From NCBI GenBank assembly GCA_964457085.1, contig CAYWDM010000004.1, forward strand, positions 8,131-72,130: 64,000 nucleotides of DNA. Reading direction: 5' to 3'. The stretch comes from an uncultured Pseudomonadales bacterium (lineage in GTDB: Bacteria > Patescibacteriota > Microgenomatia > UBA1400 > PJMF01). The notes beneath the pieces were generated by a model. That model did no database searches. It worked only from the letters and a program-made list of their open reading frames with translations, and was not told where the DNA came from. Made by a program: the position numbers and the translations under genes. Below, piece by piece: positions 1-10,142 of the stretch. How positions within the stretch are numbered: position 1 is the stretch's first letter; each line of letters begins with the position of its first letter.

Positions 1-385
1 TTTGGTCAGTGTCAGCATCTAATAAATACAGACACACCTTGTCACTAAAGGTTTTTTTCCAAACTCGAGTCCAGATAATTACTTCGGTCAAATTAACTCG
101 AATAAATAGTGGCTGTTCATCTAGGTACACATGTTCAAGTCCTTCAGAAAGTGGATCATAGGCATGATCTTTGTCTTGCTGCATACCATCAGAGTCAATC
201 TCTTGTACCGCTTTATCACCCCGATATAGCAATCCGATACCTACAAATGGCACACCTGCATCTGCGGCAGCTTTGAGAGTATCTCCTGACAACACACCCA
301 AACCCCCTGCGTACAACGGCAAGTGATAATCAAATCCAAATTCAGCACAAAAATAAGCCACTGGATGTTGGGTAGATACTTGCAT
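1..385 (-). CDS. glgP: Alpha-glucan (glycogen/maltodextrin) phosphorylase, N-terminal part; runs off the window
   Basis: Not in ORF track. Manual translation from ATG at 385: MQVSTQHPVAYFCAEFGFDYHLPLYAGGLGVLSGDTLKAAADAGVPFVGIGLLYRG, the typical GT35 N-terminal motif. Confidence 0.9.
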   Translation of the reverse strand, partial: MQVSTQHPVAYFCAEFGFDYHLPLYAGGLGVLSGDTLKAAADAGVPFVGIGLLYRGDKAVQEIDSDGMQQDKDHAYDPLSEGLEHVYLDEQPLFIRVNLTEVIIWTRVWKKTFSDKVCLYLLDADTDQ

Positions 386-511
386 AGTTTATTTCAATTT
401 TTTGCTGCTAATTGCACTGAGTATAAAGAAATCGGTTCGTGCTCACAAGTTCAAACTAAATGAGCATAGCTTGTTTGAGCTGTGCAGTCCTGCTACAGTA
501 GAAATCAGCGT

Positions 512-1567
512 ATGCAACACAACGAAATAGTCACCCTACTTGGTCAAGAAGCTGAATCCTTGCTGGGACATGTCTGTGAAAAAGTTCCCAAAACTCTAAT
601 CCACTCACCCAGTCCCTTTCATGTTGAGAATACATTTCGTGAGTCTGATAGAAGTGAAGCAGTTATCGGTAATCTGCATCGTCTGTATGGCCATGGCAAA
701 TTAGCTGATTCTGGATACCTCTCAATTTTTCCTGTTGATCAGGGAATTGAACACACTGCTGGTTTTTCATTTGCTCAAAATCCTGCATATTTTGACCCTG
801 AAACCATTGTACGTATGGCGGTTGAGGCCGAATGCAACGCAGTGGCCTCGACGCTGGGAGTACTTGGATTGATGTCAAAGCGATATGCGGAGCACATTCC
901 CTTTATCGTCAAAATCAATCACAACGAACTACTCACCTATCCAAACAAGCACAATCAAGTGCTGTTCTCCAGCGTTCAGCGTGCATACGAGTTAGGGGCT
1001 GCCGGAATTGGGGCTACCATTTATTTTGGTTCTGAGAAATCAAACAAACAAATAATTGAGATTGCCCAAGCTTTTGAGACAGCACACCGTCGAGGTATGT
1101 TTACTGTCCTCTGGTGCTATCCTCGAAACGATGCTTTTGCGACTGAAGGGCAAGATTTCAATGAGGCTGGGGACATTACCAGTCAAGCAATTCATCTTGG
1201 AGTCACCATTGAGGCTGACATCATCAAACAAAAATTACCGGTCGGCAATGGCGGTTTTAAAGCCCTAAAGTTCGCTAAGTATAGTGACGCAATGTACAAC
1301 CTTGCAACCGACCACCCAATCGATTTGGTACGTTACCAGGTGCTCAATAGTTATGCAGGTCGAATCAGCATGATTAACAGTGGTGGTGAATCTGAAGGTG
1401 AAAGTGATCTGCGAGAAGCTATCAGAACTGCAGTCATCAACAAGCGCGGTGGTGGTGCCGGATTAATCATGGGACGGAAAGTGTTTAAAAAACCCTTTGA
1501 TGAGGGCATCTCGCTACTGCGTGCAGTCCAAAGTGTTTACCTGGACAGCGAAATTACCGTAGCCTAG
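512..1567 (+). CDS. fbaB: Class I fructose-bisphosphate aldolase (FbaB/DhnA family)
   Basis: Motifs SIFPVDQGIEH, KINHNELLTYP, ADIIKQKLP, NKRGGGAGLIMGRKVF. ATG at 512 preferred to the 482 start. Confidence 0.92.
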   Translation: MQHNEIVTLLGQEAESLLGHVCEKVPKTLIHSPSPFHVENTFRESDRSEAVIGNLHRLYGHGKLADSGYLSIFPVDQGIEHTAGFSFAQNPAYFDPETIVRMAVEAECNAVASTLGVLGLMSKRYAEHIPFIVKINHNELLTYPNKHNQVLFSSVQRAYELGAAGIGATIYFGSEKSNKQIIEIAQAFETAHRRGMFTVLWCYPRNDAFATEGQDFNEAGDITSQAIHLGVTIEADIIKQKLPVGNGGFKALKFAKYSDAMYNLATDHPIDLVRYQVLNSYAGRISMINSGGESEGESDLREAIRTAVINKRGGGAGLIMGRKVFKKPFDEGISLLRAVQSVYLDSEITVA

Positions 1568-2288
1568 TGAATCTCAATCTAATGGCTTCTCTAGCATAGT
1601 CTATTGCCATTTTTCCGAGTTGTGATTTGCTTTGTCCGCCGAGCCGCTCCAAATATGTAGTTGGAATTTCTTTGATTTTCAAACCCTGCTCAGCTGCAAA
1701 AAATACCAATCTTAAATGATAATCTCCATACCCATAGTAGATTCGTTCCAAACCAAGATTTTGTAGTGCTTTTTTGGAAACTGCATAATAACCGCTAAAA
1801 TTATCCCAAACTGGGAAACCAAGTAGTTTCAGTCCCAAATTGAACAACCAAGTTGCCAACCATCTCAACGGTTGATGTATGCCACCACCTCTAATAAACC
1901 GAGAAGCAACCACTAAGTCAGCATCCTGCAATACAGCAACTAATACTGGAATTTGCAGTGGGTCGTGGTTATTATCTGCGTCCATTCCGACAATAACCTG
2001 ACCATGACTTGCCTGTATCCCAGCTAAAATTGATTTGCCAAGTCCGCGATCAGTGGTGCGAACCACAAGCTTAACTTCTTTCCAGATTTTTGAAAATTCT
2101 CTGACTAGTTCTGCCGTACCATCTGGACTGTTGTCATCCACTACTATGACCTCAACTAACTCCTGAGGACTACACTTCTCAATCTCCGCCCATTCGAACA
2201 TTACGGCTTGAAGTTTTAAGAGGAATTGGATAATTCCTTCCGACTCGTTATACGTCGGTAAAATAATAGATACGATTGGTTTTAACAT
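1554..2288 (-). CDS. GT2 glycosyltransferase, polyprenol-phosphate mannose synthase (DPM1)-like
   Basis: SIILPTYNE, VVDDNSPDGT, MDAD, ERLGGQSK motifs. Confidence 0.85.
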   Translation of the reverse strand: MLKPIVSIILPTYNESEGIIQFLLKLQAVMFEWAEIEKCSPQELVEVIVVDDNSPDGTAELVREFSKIWKEVKLVVRTTDRGLGKSILAGIQASHGQVIVGMDADNNHDPLQIPVLVAVLQDADLVVASRFIRGGGIHQPLRWLATWLFNLGLKLLGFPVWDNFSGYYAVSKKALQNLGLERIYYGYGDYHLRLVFFAAEQGLKIKEIPTTYLERLGGQSKSQLGKMAIDYAREAIRLRFTRLR

Positions 2289-2307
2289 AGTCTAATCTTT
2301 ACAGACT

Positions 2308-3789
2308 CTAAGCATCAAGCATTGGCATGATAAAGGCATCAACATATGCTTTTGTATGATCAACAAAAGGATGTCGTATCTGTGATGGCTCAAGCTTAAT
2401 TCTTCCAAGCAAAGGTAAAGCATTGGTTGCTGGAATCATACTGTCCAGATAATGCAGTTTTCCACTTTCCTGTAGTTCACGATATATTTTCCAACCGCGT
2501 AAATATCCCAAATCTTTTGGATTGGCAAATGCTTGAGCATTTGAGGTGTCGACATGTCCTCTGAATACTCTGTAGGTCTTTTTCCAGGCTTTGTCGATTG
2601 CCTTATCAAGCACAGCCTTCACATTAGTGGCCTCCAGATCAATACTATCGTCCTCTGGAATTCGTAATGTGATATGTAGTTGTCTATTTAGCTGATCTTT
2701 AAAAACTGCATCAAAGTCTGCTCCAGAATCAGCTAATTCAACAGCAAAAGCAAACAGTGGAGTTGGTGTGGCATCTTGCTCCCCAAAATAACGTGCTTTT
2801 TGGTCTGTCTCAATACCCATAGCCACGGCCTCTGTTAATGTTTCATCATGCACTCGCAACGCTCCACCACCAATAATCCAATCCGCACCATTTGCCTCTT
2901 GTCGTGCGTGCCCTTCAATTTCATGGTAGAGCAACGCAATTAATTTCTTAGCAGTAATCGGTACTGTAAATTCTTTTGGAACCACAATAACCTTGGGAAT
3001 CACTTTAGCTCGAACGTCTGGTGATGTGGCTGCTTCACTAATCTCAACTGTGTAGCCTTGAGGATTATCTGGAACCAGCAACCCATACTGAGCTAATACC
3101 CATTCAAAAGCGGTTTTGACTTGTTCTGAGCTAATAGGAATTTCTTTAAGTTTTTTAACTTGATCTTTATTGAAGATTGCCGTTGAATCACTGCCAGCTA
3201 CCTCAGCAATCACGTCAACACCATCGAGACACTGCTGAGCGTACATTTGGTGTGCCAAATCAATAAGATCTTGGTCAAGACCGGCAAAAATTGTTCGCTG
3301 AGCAGTTTTATTGAGTACTTCTGCAGCTGTTTTTTGTTTTTCGTCACCGGTCTGACCTGAACCCATGGCTTCTGCCATCTCAGTTGCTGCCAAATCATCT
3401 TTAATCTTATTTATGAGTGCAACCTTTATGATTCTTAGCCAAGAATCATGGTGGTCAATCTTAACATTTCTTGCTTCCTGCAATAAATCTGTTAATTGTT
3501 TTCTTACTTTTTGCCAATCGTGTTGTGGGACAGCGTTATACTCAAAGCTTGGATTATGATGACCACCATTTAGTAATGCAGCTTTGCTCAAGTTTTTTTC
3601 TCTTTTTATTGAGTTAGGTGTAGCAGTAAACCATTCAACCACATACCATCCGCTGGTCAGTTCACGTAATTTTTCGACAACTGCTAAAAACTCAGTTGGA
3701 ATACGCTCCATATCAGGTAAAACACCTCCAACTGTTTCTAGTTGGTTCTTTTGAAAAGCATCAAACTGTGCTGTCTTTCGCTCAGTCAT
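2308..3789 (-). CDS. DUF1704 / MATCAP-like HExxxH metallopeptidase
   Basis: LYHEIEGH zinc motif, downstream TEAVA (EEGLA-like), RVFRG and KDLGYLRGW blocks. Confidence 0.65.
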   Translation of the reverse strand: MTERKTAQFDAFQKNQLETVGGVLPDMERIPTEFLAVVEKLRELTSGWYVVEWFTATPNSIKREKNLSKAALLNGGHHNPSFEYNAVPQHDWQKVRKQLTDLLQEARNVKIDHHDSWLRIIKVALINKIKDDLAATEMAEAMGSGQTGDEKQKTAAEVLNKTAQRTIFAGLDQDLIDLAHQMYAQQCLDGVDVIAEVAGSDSTAIFNKDQVKKLKEIPISSEQVKTAFEWVLAQYGLLVPDNPQGYTVEISEAATSPDVRAKVIPKVIVVPKEFTVPITAKKLIALLYHEIEGHARQEANGADWIIGGGALRVHDETLTEAVAMGIETDQKARYFGEQDATPTPLFAFAVELADSGADFDAVFKDQLNRQLHITLRIPEDDSIDLEATNVKAVLDKAIDKAWKKTYRVFRGHVDTSNAQAFANPKDLGYLRGWKIYRELQESGKLHYLDSMIPATNALPLLGRIKLEPSQIRHPFVDHTKAYVDAFIMPMLDA

Positions 3790-4382
3790 AAACTTGATTG
3801 GTCAAGCCACTTTGCAAATTTTTCCAAAGCTTTTGCTCTATGACTCAGTGTATTCTTTATCTCAATACCTAATTCACCAAATGATTGTGTGTATCCGTTC
3901 GGAACAAAAATTGGATCGTACCCAAAACCTGAAACACCAGTTGGCTGCAATGCAATCTTCCCCTCAACTGCACCATCAAAAAACTGTTTTTCTTTGGTTT
4001 TTGGATCGTAAAAACATAACGTCGTCACAAAACGAGCAGATCGATCTTTAAATTCGAGTAGCCGTTTCAATAATGCTTGGTTTCGATCAGCGTCTGTACC
4101 AGTAAACCAACGATTTGAAGCTACCCCTGGTTCGTTGTTGAGTACGGTGACTTCCAATCCCGAATCATCTGCCAAAACTGGTAACTGTAGAATTTCTGCG
4201 TATTCGGTGGCTTTGAGCTCAGCGTTGCCTGCAAAGCTCGCAGCAGTCTCAGCGACATCCATTGTTTTAGTATTCTCGAAATCAGCAACGGACTTAACTA
4301 CAACTCCAAGTGGTGCGAGCCACGACTTCACTTCAACGATCTTACCCTGATTTTGACTTGCAAAAACGAGCTGTGCCGTCAC
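3786..4382 (-). CDS. rdgB: Non-canonical purine NTP pyrophosphatase (RdgB/HAM1)
   Basis: ASQNQGK, ADDSGL, GFGYDPIF, KNTLSHR motifs. GTG start. Confidence 0.93.
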   Translation of the reverse strand: MTAQLVFASQNQGKIVEVKSWLAPLGVVVKSVADFENTKTMDVAETAASFAGNAELKATEYAEILQLPVLADDSGLEVTVLNNEPGVASNRWFTGTDADRNQALLKRLLEFKDRSARFVTTLCFYDPKTKEKQFFDGAVEGKIALQPTGVSGFGYDPIFVPNGYTQSFGELGIEIKNTLSHRAKALEKFAKWLDQSSL

Positions 4383-4384
4383 AA

Positions 4385-4663
4385 TTATTTGCCCATCATG
4401 CCAGCCAAGCCACCTGTCATTGCCTGCAACTTGCGTGCAGCTAATTCTTGAGATTGCTTAATGGCTTTATTGAGTACATCGATAGCCTCTTGACTGGTAA
4501 TGCCTTGAACTGAAAATTGCTTGATTTTTTGATCACCAGAGATAACTACCACAATATCACCTTCTTCGATTCGAATTTCCTCGGCAGCTAAGTCTTGCTG
4601 CATCTTTTTAGCTTGAGTGCGCAGTTGGTTTAAATCGCCAAGTGCTTTAAATGGATTTTGCAT
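4385..4663 (-). CDS. ybaB: YbaB/EbfC nucleoid-associated protein
   Basis: QAKKMQQDL...VVVISGDQ pattern, directly downstream of dnaX (conserved synteny). Confidence 0.8.
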   Translation of the reverse strand: MQNPFKALGDLNQLRTQAKKMQQDLAAEEIRIEEGDIVVVISGDQKIKQFSVQGITSQEAIDVLNKAIKQSQELAARKLQAMTGGLAGMMGK

Positions 4664-4701
4664 ACTTTTTTTCCTTTGCTTATATACTGTATCAGATTCT
4701 A

Positions 4702-6357
4702 CTATAGCAGCACTTCACTAGCCATAACCGCCAGTTCCCCACGTACTTGAGTCTGTGGTGGTGCGGCCGAGACAGCTTCCACACTAAGTGTCTCAGTCAC
4801 CAATCCGCTAGAGGGAAGTTTGGTATTACTTTCACTCAACTGGAATGTAAATGGCAATATGCCACCGGCTACTTCCCTACAACAAGCCTCAAGAATAGTT
4901 AAAAACTTCGGCTGTTGTAGTTGCTCTTGATGAAATTTGTAATACACACCGATAGTAAGTGCATTTTCAGACAAGGCACTTGGTTGACTCGATCGCAATA
5001 AAGCAGCTAAGCCAGAGTTTTTAAGTGCCACTGCGGAAACAAATTGTTGCCATCTAGCAATTAAATCTTTGGGATCAATCTGACTCTCACTTTGAGTACA
5101 AGTAATTGGCTGCACAACCAACTCCTCAGCTGCTAAGTCAATTTCTGCAACCAACACTGCATTTGCTTGAGATTCAGCAAATGCGTCATCCGGAGTCAAT
5201 TCATCTTCATCCTCATCCTGAACTTCTATCACTTTTTTTAGTTTTTCTTTTGAAACAACTTGACCCTGAGATCCTGCCTTCAATTTAGCTCGTGAAATTA
5301 AATCCAGCAATGCAATTTCTAAAGTTAACAAAGAAATTGGGCTCGTTTGAAACAAATTTGCAGCTAATAACTGTTGTAATAAAAATTGGTTTATAGCCAC
5401 TGGTCTATCAGCATCTCCAGGCACTACTTTCAGTCCAATTAGTAGATCAGCATGCAACATACCAAACAATGATCGGTATGCTTTCGACTGATCAGTATTT
5501 GATGAGCGAAGTGTTGCGATTAATTGCATCACTTGTTTTTCATCTTTTTTAATCACCGCTGCAATAATATTTTTCAGTTGTTGCTGTACAGAACCACCAG
5601 TGATGCGCTCAATCAGAGCATCGTCGAGTCGATTTTGATTGATGCTGAGTTCAAGTAGCTTGACGCCATCTCGAAAGCTGCCATCAGCAGCCTCAATAAT
5701 CGGTGCTAATTGTTCCAGCTTATATTGCACTTTTTCAGAATCAAGAATACGAACCAATGTCTTAGAAAGTTCAGACAAACTGGCTTTCTGGAACTGCACC
5801 AATGCACATCTAGAAGCAATCGTAGCCGGAATTTTATGCAACTCGGTCGTAGCTAAAATAAAAACACAATGAGCTGGGGGTTCTTCAAGTAGCTTCAGAA
5901 AAGCATTGAATGCAGCACCTGACATCATGTGTACTTCGTCAAGGATATAGACAGCCATCTTGCCCTCTTGAGGCAACAGTGAAGCCCGCTCTTTAAGTTG
6001 ACGGATGTCATCAACAAGCCCATGGCTAGCCGCATCAATTTCTTGGACCGCAAATGACTGACCAAAACAGATACGCTTGGTCATGATTGAATCTGGATCT
6101 GGTTCTACAAATGCAATTCGTTTTTCCTTGCTGGTAGGTTGTAAAAATAAACGATCTACAGCATCAGCATTTTTCTCATCATTGAGCAAAGCTGCTAAAA
6201 TTCTCGAGGCAGAAGTTTTACCTGTTCCCTTGGGACCGGCAAACAAGAGTGCTTGAGGAATATTAGCCTCCTCCATCATCGACAACAATGTCAATCTGAC
6301 AGATTCTAGCTGTAGATCTTTGACCTGCCTGGGACGATAGGTGCGATACCATGACAT
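4702..6357 (-). CDS. dnaX: DNA polymerase III subunit gamma/tau
   Basis: YRTYRP, Walker A GPKGTGKT, EIDAAS, DEVHM, LKLLEEPP, SRC. Likely start MSWYRTY at 6357. Confidence 0.93.
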   Translation of the reverse strand: MSWYRTYRPRQVKDLQLESVRLTLLSMMEEANIPQALLFAGPKGTGKTSASRILAALLNDEKNADAVDRLFLQPTSKEKRIAFVEPDPDSIMTKRICFGQSFAVQEIDAASHGLVDDIRQLKERASLLPQEGKMAVYILDEVHMMSGAAFNAFLKLLEEPPAHCVFILATTELHKIPATIASRCALVQFQKASLSELSKTLVRILDSEKVQYKLEQLAPIIEAADGSFRDGVKLLELSINQNRLDDALIERITGGSVQQQLKNIIAAVIKKDEKQVMQLIATLRSSNTDQSKAYRSLFGMLHADLLIGLKVVPGDADRPVAINQFLLQQLLAANLFQTSPISLLTLEIALLDLISRAKLKAGSQGQVVSKEKLKKVIEVQDEDEDELTPDDAFAESQANAVLVAEIDLAAEELVVQPITCTQSESQIDPKDLIARWQQFVSAVALKNSGLAALLRSSQPSALSENALTIGVYYKFHQEQLQQPKFLTILEACCREVAGGILPFTFQLSESNTKLPSSGLVTETLSVEAVSAAPPQTQVRGELAVMASEVLL

Positions 6358-6358
6358 A

Positions 6359-6748
6359 TTAATCGTGATGATACCCAAGTAGATGCATTAATCCATGCTC
6401 TAAATAGAAACATAATTGCTGATCAACTAACTTACCATATCTCTTTGCAGAGCTCACCGCTTCAGGAAAACTAATCACAATATCACCTAAGTGTGGTGGG
6501 ATTTCCTCAGGCAGCGGAAAATCATTTAGCTGATGGCGATCATGTTGTGGAAACGAGAGCACGTCAGTAGTGCCGCTGTGTTTGAGTAACGATTCATTAA
6601 GAATTCGAATCTTGCGTTTGCCCACAATTGAGACATCAACTTGTGCATGAGAAATTTTATTCTCAGTCAACACTCGCTGCACAGTGTCGCGAAGCAACGT
6701 GCGACTCACAGGGTACCTAGATCCCACGAATAAATTCGTGATAATCAT
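6359..6748 (-). CDS. ybeY: rRNA maturation endoribonuclease YbeY
   Basis: TDVLSF, LGDIVIS, HGLMHLLGYHH. Confidence 0.93.
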   Translation of the reverse strand: MIITNLFVGSRYPVSRTLLRDTVQRVLTENKISHAQVDVSIVGKRKIRILNESLLKHSGTTDVLSFPQHDRHQLNDFPLPEEIPPHLGDIVISFPEAVSSAKRYGKLVDQQLCFYLEHGLMHLLGYHHD

Positions 6749-6812
6749 TTGACTCCTTGTGAGGTGAAATACTGCTGTGACAAAAACATACAGTTTTGAG
6801 CAAAATATACCA

Positions 6813-7535
6813 TTACAAACTCATTTCCTGAGCCTGCCAACGCAGATCAATTGCTCCCAAAGAGATAGTATCATCTGGGTCATCGACAAAAAAGAGGAAA
6901 ACGTGTCCTAGAGATTTTTGGCTCCAGATCTTACCCTCTCTGACTACTTCAGGCGAACCTCCAAATTGATACTGCATCCACTGACTGGGGCCAATATCAC
7001 ATACTGCACCCACCACGGCTTTTTCTTCTGCCGGGTTTATGACTATCATTTTGCGATATTTATACCAAGTGGTTAATTCTTGTGAGTGTTTGTTCCATGT
7101 AGGCAAATAATGCAAAGGTAAAGTAAAAGAATATGCCTCACGCTCAATTCCTTTTGTGGTCAATTCTCCATTATCAGTAAACCAACCAAATGCACTACGA
7201 TACGCCCCCAATCCCGCTTCAAAGTATTTACTGTGTGCGGCCAGCACATCTGTTGGCGATCGCTTAAGATGAGGCTGGGCTGCGAGTACACCTACTGAGT
7301 GGTTGAGTCGGTGTTCTGCGAGCTCTGCAGTCACTGGAAATCTTAAGAGATCCGTTAGCTGCTGCTCTAGATACAACTCCTGCATTTTATCAAGATGGCC
7401 CGCTGGTAAATGCGACATACTTGAAAGTTTGGCCATAATCTCTTGATGTTCTTCTTTGGAAATCTCAGCAACCAAAGGATCGACCTGTTTGGCTGGTTTA
7501 GTGTGAGTTGTGATTTGAGGCAGGTGGTCGTTCAT
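6813..7535 (-). CDS. Hypothetical protein
   Basis: 240-aa ORF in operon orientation; CATACT 6 nt before the ATG. No family confidently recognised. Confidence 0.7.
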   Translation of the reverse strand: MNDHLPQITTHTKPAKQVDPLVAEISKEEHQEIMAKLSSMSHLPAGHLDKMQELYLEQQLTDLLRFPVTAELAEHRLNHSVGVLAAQPHLKRSPTDVLAAHSKYFEAGLGAYRSAFGWFTDNGELTTKGIEREAYSFTLPLHYLPTWNKHSQELTTWYKYRKMIVINPAEEKAVVGAVCDIGPSQWMQYQFGGSPEVVREGKIWSQKSLGHVFLFFVDDPDDTISLGAIDLRWQAQEMSL

Positions 7536-7553
7536 ATGGGCAGTATGAAATAC

Positions 7554-8990
7554 TTACAACTCAGCCAATGCCTGGCGTAGTCGTAATAGCGATTGCTGTT
7601 TACCTAAAACGGTCATTGTTTCAAATAGAGGCGGTGTGGCACTACGACCAGTCACAGCCAAACGAAGTACCATAAAGTACTGGCTATTTTTCCATTGGTT
7701 AGTGACTGCCAAACCACGTAGTGATTCCTCAAGTGATGAGACCTTCCAATCAACGATTTTCTCAAGTGTATCAATGGTAACCTGCAGCTGTCCAGAAACT
7801 ATTTCCGAAGTGCTTTTTTTGAGTAGCAGTTCTCGATTCTGAATAACTGGGCGATAAAAGAATTCGGTCAGATCTTGAATATCTGATAATTTAACTAAGC
7901 GTTCTGAGATTAATGGCAAAATCTGGACTTCTAAATTGGTAGGAAAATCTTGAGGCAGAAAAGGCTTGAGTCGTTTACTCAACTCTGGCAATGAAAGCTT
8001 CCTAATATACATTCCATTAATCCAGTCAAGTTTTTGTAAGTCAAACACGACAGATTTGGCACTGATATCTTTTGGATCGAATTCGAGTACATACTCATCC
8101 AAACTCAGCAATTCTGTTTGATCTGCCCGAGCCCAACCCAAAATCATGAAAAAATTAAGCATCGCTTCTGGTAAATATCCAGCCTCCAGGAATGACTGAG
8201 CAGAAACAGTGCCTTTGCGTTTACTCATTTTGCCTTTGCCATCTGGATTTAGAAAAACTGGAATATGTGCAAACACTGGTGTCTCCCAACCAAATGCCTG
8301 GTACAGCAACACATGCTTTGGTGTTGAGCTAATCCACTCTTCACCACGCAAAATATGAGTTATCTCCATGGCATGATCATCAACCACAACCGCCAAATGA
8401 TAGGTTGGAAAACCATCTGATTTTAATAGCACCTGATCATCAACAACATCTGAATTTACTTCTATCTCACCACGGATTAAGTCTACAAATTTGACAGGGA
8501 CATTGTCTGGCACTTTCAGTCTAATCACACTTGATTCACCTGCTGCTAATTTTGCCTCAACTTCTGCTTGAGTCAACGAACGGCAATGACGATCATATTT
8601 TGGTGGAATCTTGGCACTACGCTGTTGCTCTCTCACTTCCTCAAGTCGATCTTTAGAACAAAAACAGTAATATGCTTTCCCTGCTACCACCAATTCTTTA
8701 GCTTTTTCTGTGTAACTAGGTAATCGCTCCGACTGCACGTATGGTGCATGTGGACCTTCTTTTGTTGGACCCTCATCCCAATCCAAGCCGTAGTCGTGGA
8801 TTACTTGCATGATACGTTCAACAGCACCGGGAACCAGCCTTTCTCTATCAGTGTCTTCAATTCTCAAGATGAATTGTCCGCCACAATGTTTGGCGTAGGC
8901 ATAGTTTTTGAGGAGAGTGGCAATATGCCCAACATGATATTCACCAGTGGGACTGGGGGCCATGCGGGTTCGGACAACTGGTGATGACAT
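7554..8990 (-). CDS. gltX: Glutamate--tRNA ligase
   Basis: RMAPSPTG-x2-HVGH, LRIEDTD, HILRGEEW, KMSKR. Likely start MSSPVVRTR at 8990. Confidence 0.95.
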   Translation of the reverse strand: MSSPVVRTRMAPSPTGEYHVGHIATLLKNYAYAKHCGGQFILRIEDTDRERLVPGAVERIMQVIHDYGLDWDEGPTKEGPHAPYVQSERLPSYTEKAKELVVAGKAYYCFCSKDRLEEVREQQRSAKIPPKYDRHCRSLTQAEVEAKLAAGESSVIRLKVPDNVPVKFVDLIRGEIEVNSDVVDDQVLLKSDGFPTYHLAVVVDDHAMEITHILRGEEWISSTPKHVLLYQAFGWETPVFAHIPVFLNPDGKGKMSKRKGTVSAQSFLEAGYLPEAMLNFFMILGWARADQTELLSLDEYVLEFDPKDISAKSVVFDLQKLDWINGMYIRKLSLPELSKRLKPFLPQDFPTNLEVQILPLISERLVKLSDIQDLTEFFYRPVIQNRELLLKKSTSEIVSGQLQVTIDTLEKIVDWKVSSLEESLRGLAVTNQWKNSQYFMVLRLAVTGRSATPPLFETMTVLGKQQSLLRLRQALAEL

Positions 8991-9024
8991 AACTATTTCC
9001 TTAGTGGTCGGTATTGTATGCTGC

Positions 9025-10119
9025 CTACTCAACTGAATCAACTAAAATATATCTGGGATCAACCGCACTCACATATCCAATATATCCGCCATCGCCCTCA
9101 AAGATATAAATTGGTTGCAGATATTCTTGCTCTATCCAGTTCTCGAAATATCCGATACTGACTGAACGGATAATGACATTTGCTTGAGTACTTGGTTTAG
9201 CAACATATCCTTCACCAGCAGAAAGTACTTTCCATGCCATTTGAGGTGTTCTAATTGGGTATGTTTCCACTTGGTCATAGTCAACTGGAAAATAATGATA
9301 ATTGAGCTCCACAATTCCTGAATAATTTTGAATGGCACCACTAATAATTGCGTTAACTGCACCTTTTTCTCCATCTGGAGAGTATGAGTAAAACTGCAAA
9401 TCAATTGGAGTTCGATTCAAATCAACGCGCAAGAAATCAGCATCAGAAAGCGAGACTGCATTCTTCAGCTCACCACCGATCGACTTTAAATAAGTAATTC
9501 TGCCAGAACTGGTCGACATATCGTTTGGCAAAATATCTGCAGCCTGTAGCATTGATTTTACCCGAGAAACTGCTTCATAATCCTCAGGAAGCGAATTGTT
9601 TAACAACAAATCGGGTCGAGATAAATAATTACTTCTCATCTCAAAAGTATTGTTTTGACTATCCATCTGCAAACTCATCTCTAGTGGTTGTGACTTGGTC
9701 CAGCGATAGGTGCGGGTATCAAGAATTTGCGGTTCAAAAACAAAATCGTAGCGAGCTGCTATCCGTTTGATTTTCTGATCAGCTAATAAGTTAGCTGGTT
9801 TTTTAGGCATCAAGAAGACTTTTGCTCGATCACCAAACTCCTGGAACTCACCATTTGCCAATTCAAGTGTATAGCTGGTGGGTCTATTTTCGTCTGGGAC
9901 AATCTCAAATTCAATTTTTGGTAGTTTGCCGAAACCAACTGTTGGTGGCGGTGGTGGCTCTGGGTGGGTAGCTTTCCACCATGCCACAAACGCACCAAGC
10001 AACATTCGACCAAAAATCAATACCACCAGCATGATGGCAGTAAAACGAATTGCCTCTCTCCCAGCAAAAGTGGCTGTGGTCAATGTAATTCGTCCATCAG
10101 CTTTCTTAGTAATTGGCAT
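9025..10119 (-). CDS. Single-TM membrane-anchored hypothetical protein
   Basis: N-terminal TM helix, PEPPPPPTVGFGKLP linker, C-terminal YLQPIYIF block. Confidence 0.75.
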   Translation of the reverse strand: MPITKKADGRITLTTATFAGREAIRFTAIMLVVLIFGRMLLGAFVAWWKATHPEPPPPPTVGFGKLPKIEFEIVPDENRPTSYTLELANGEFQEFGDRAKVFLMPKKPANLLADQKIKRIAARYDFVFEPQILDTRTYRWTKSQPLEMSLQMDSQNNTFEMRSNYLSRPDLLLNNSLPEDYEAVSRVKSMLQAADILPNDMSTSSGRITYLKSIGGELKNAVSLSDADFLRVDLNRTPIDLQFYSYSPDGEKGAVNAIISGAIQNYSGIVELNYHYFPVDYDQVETYPIRTPQMAWKVLSAGEGYVAKPSTQANVIIRSVSIGYFENWIEQEYLQPIYIFEGDGGYIGYVSAVDPRYILVDSVE

Positions 10120-10142
10120 AGTCAGTAATCATTATACCCAGA

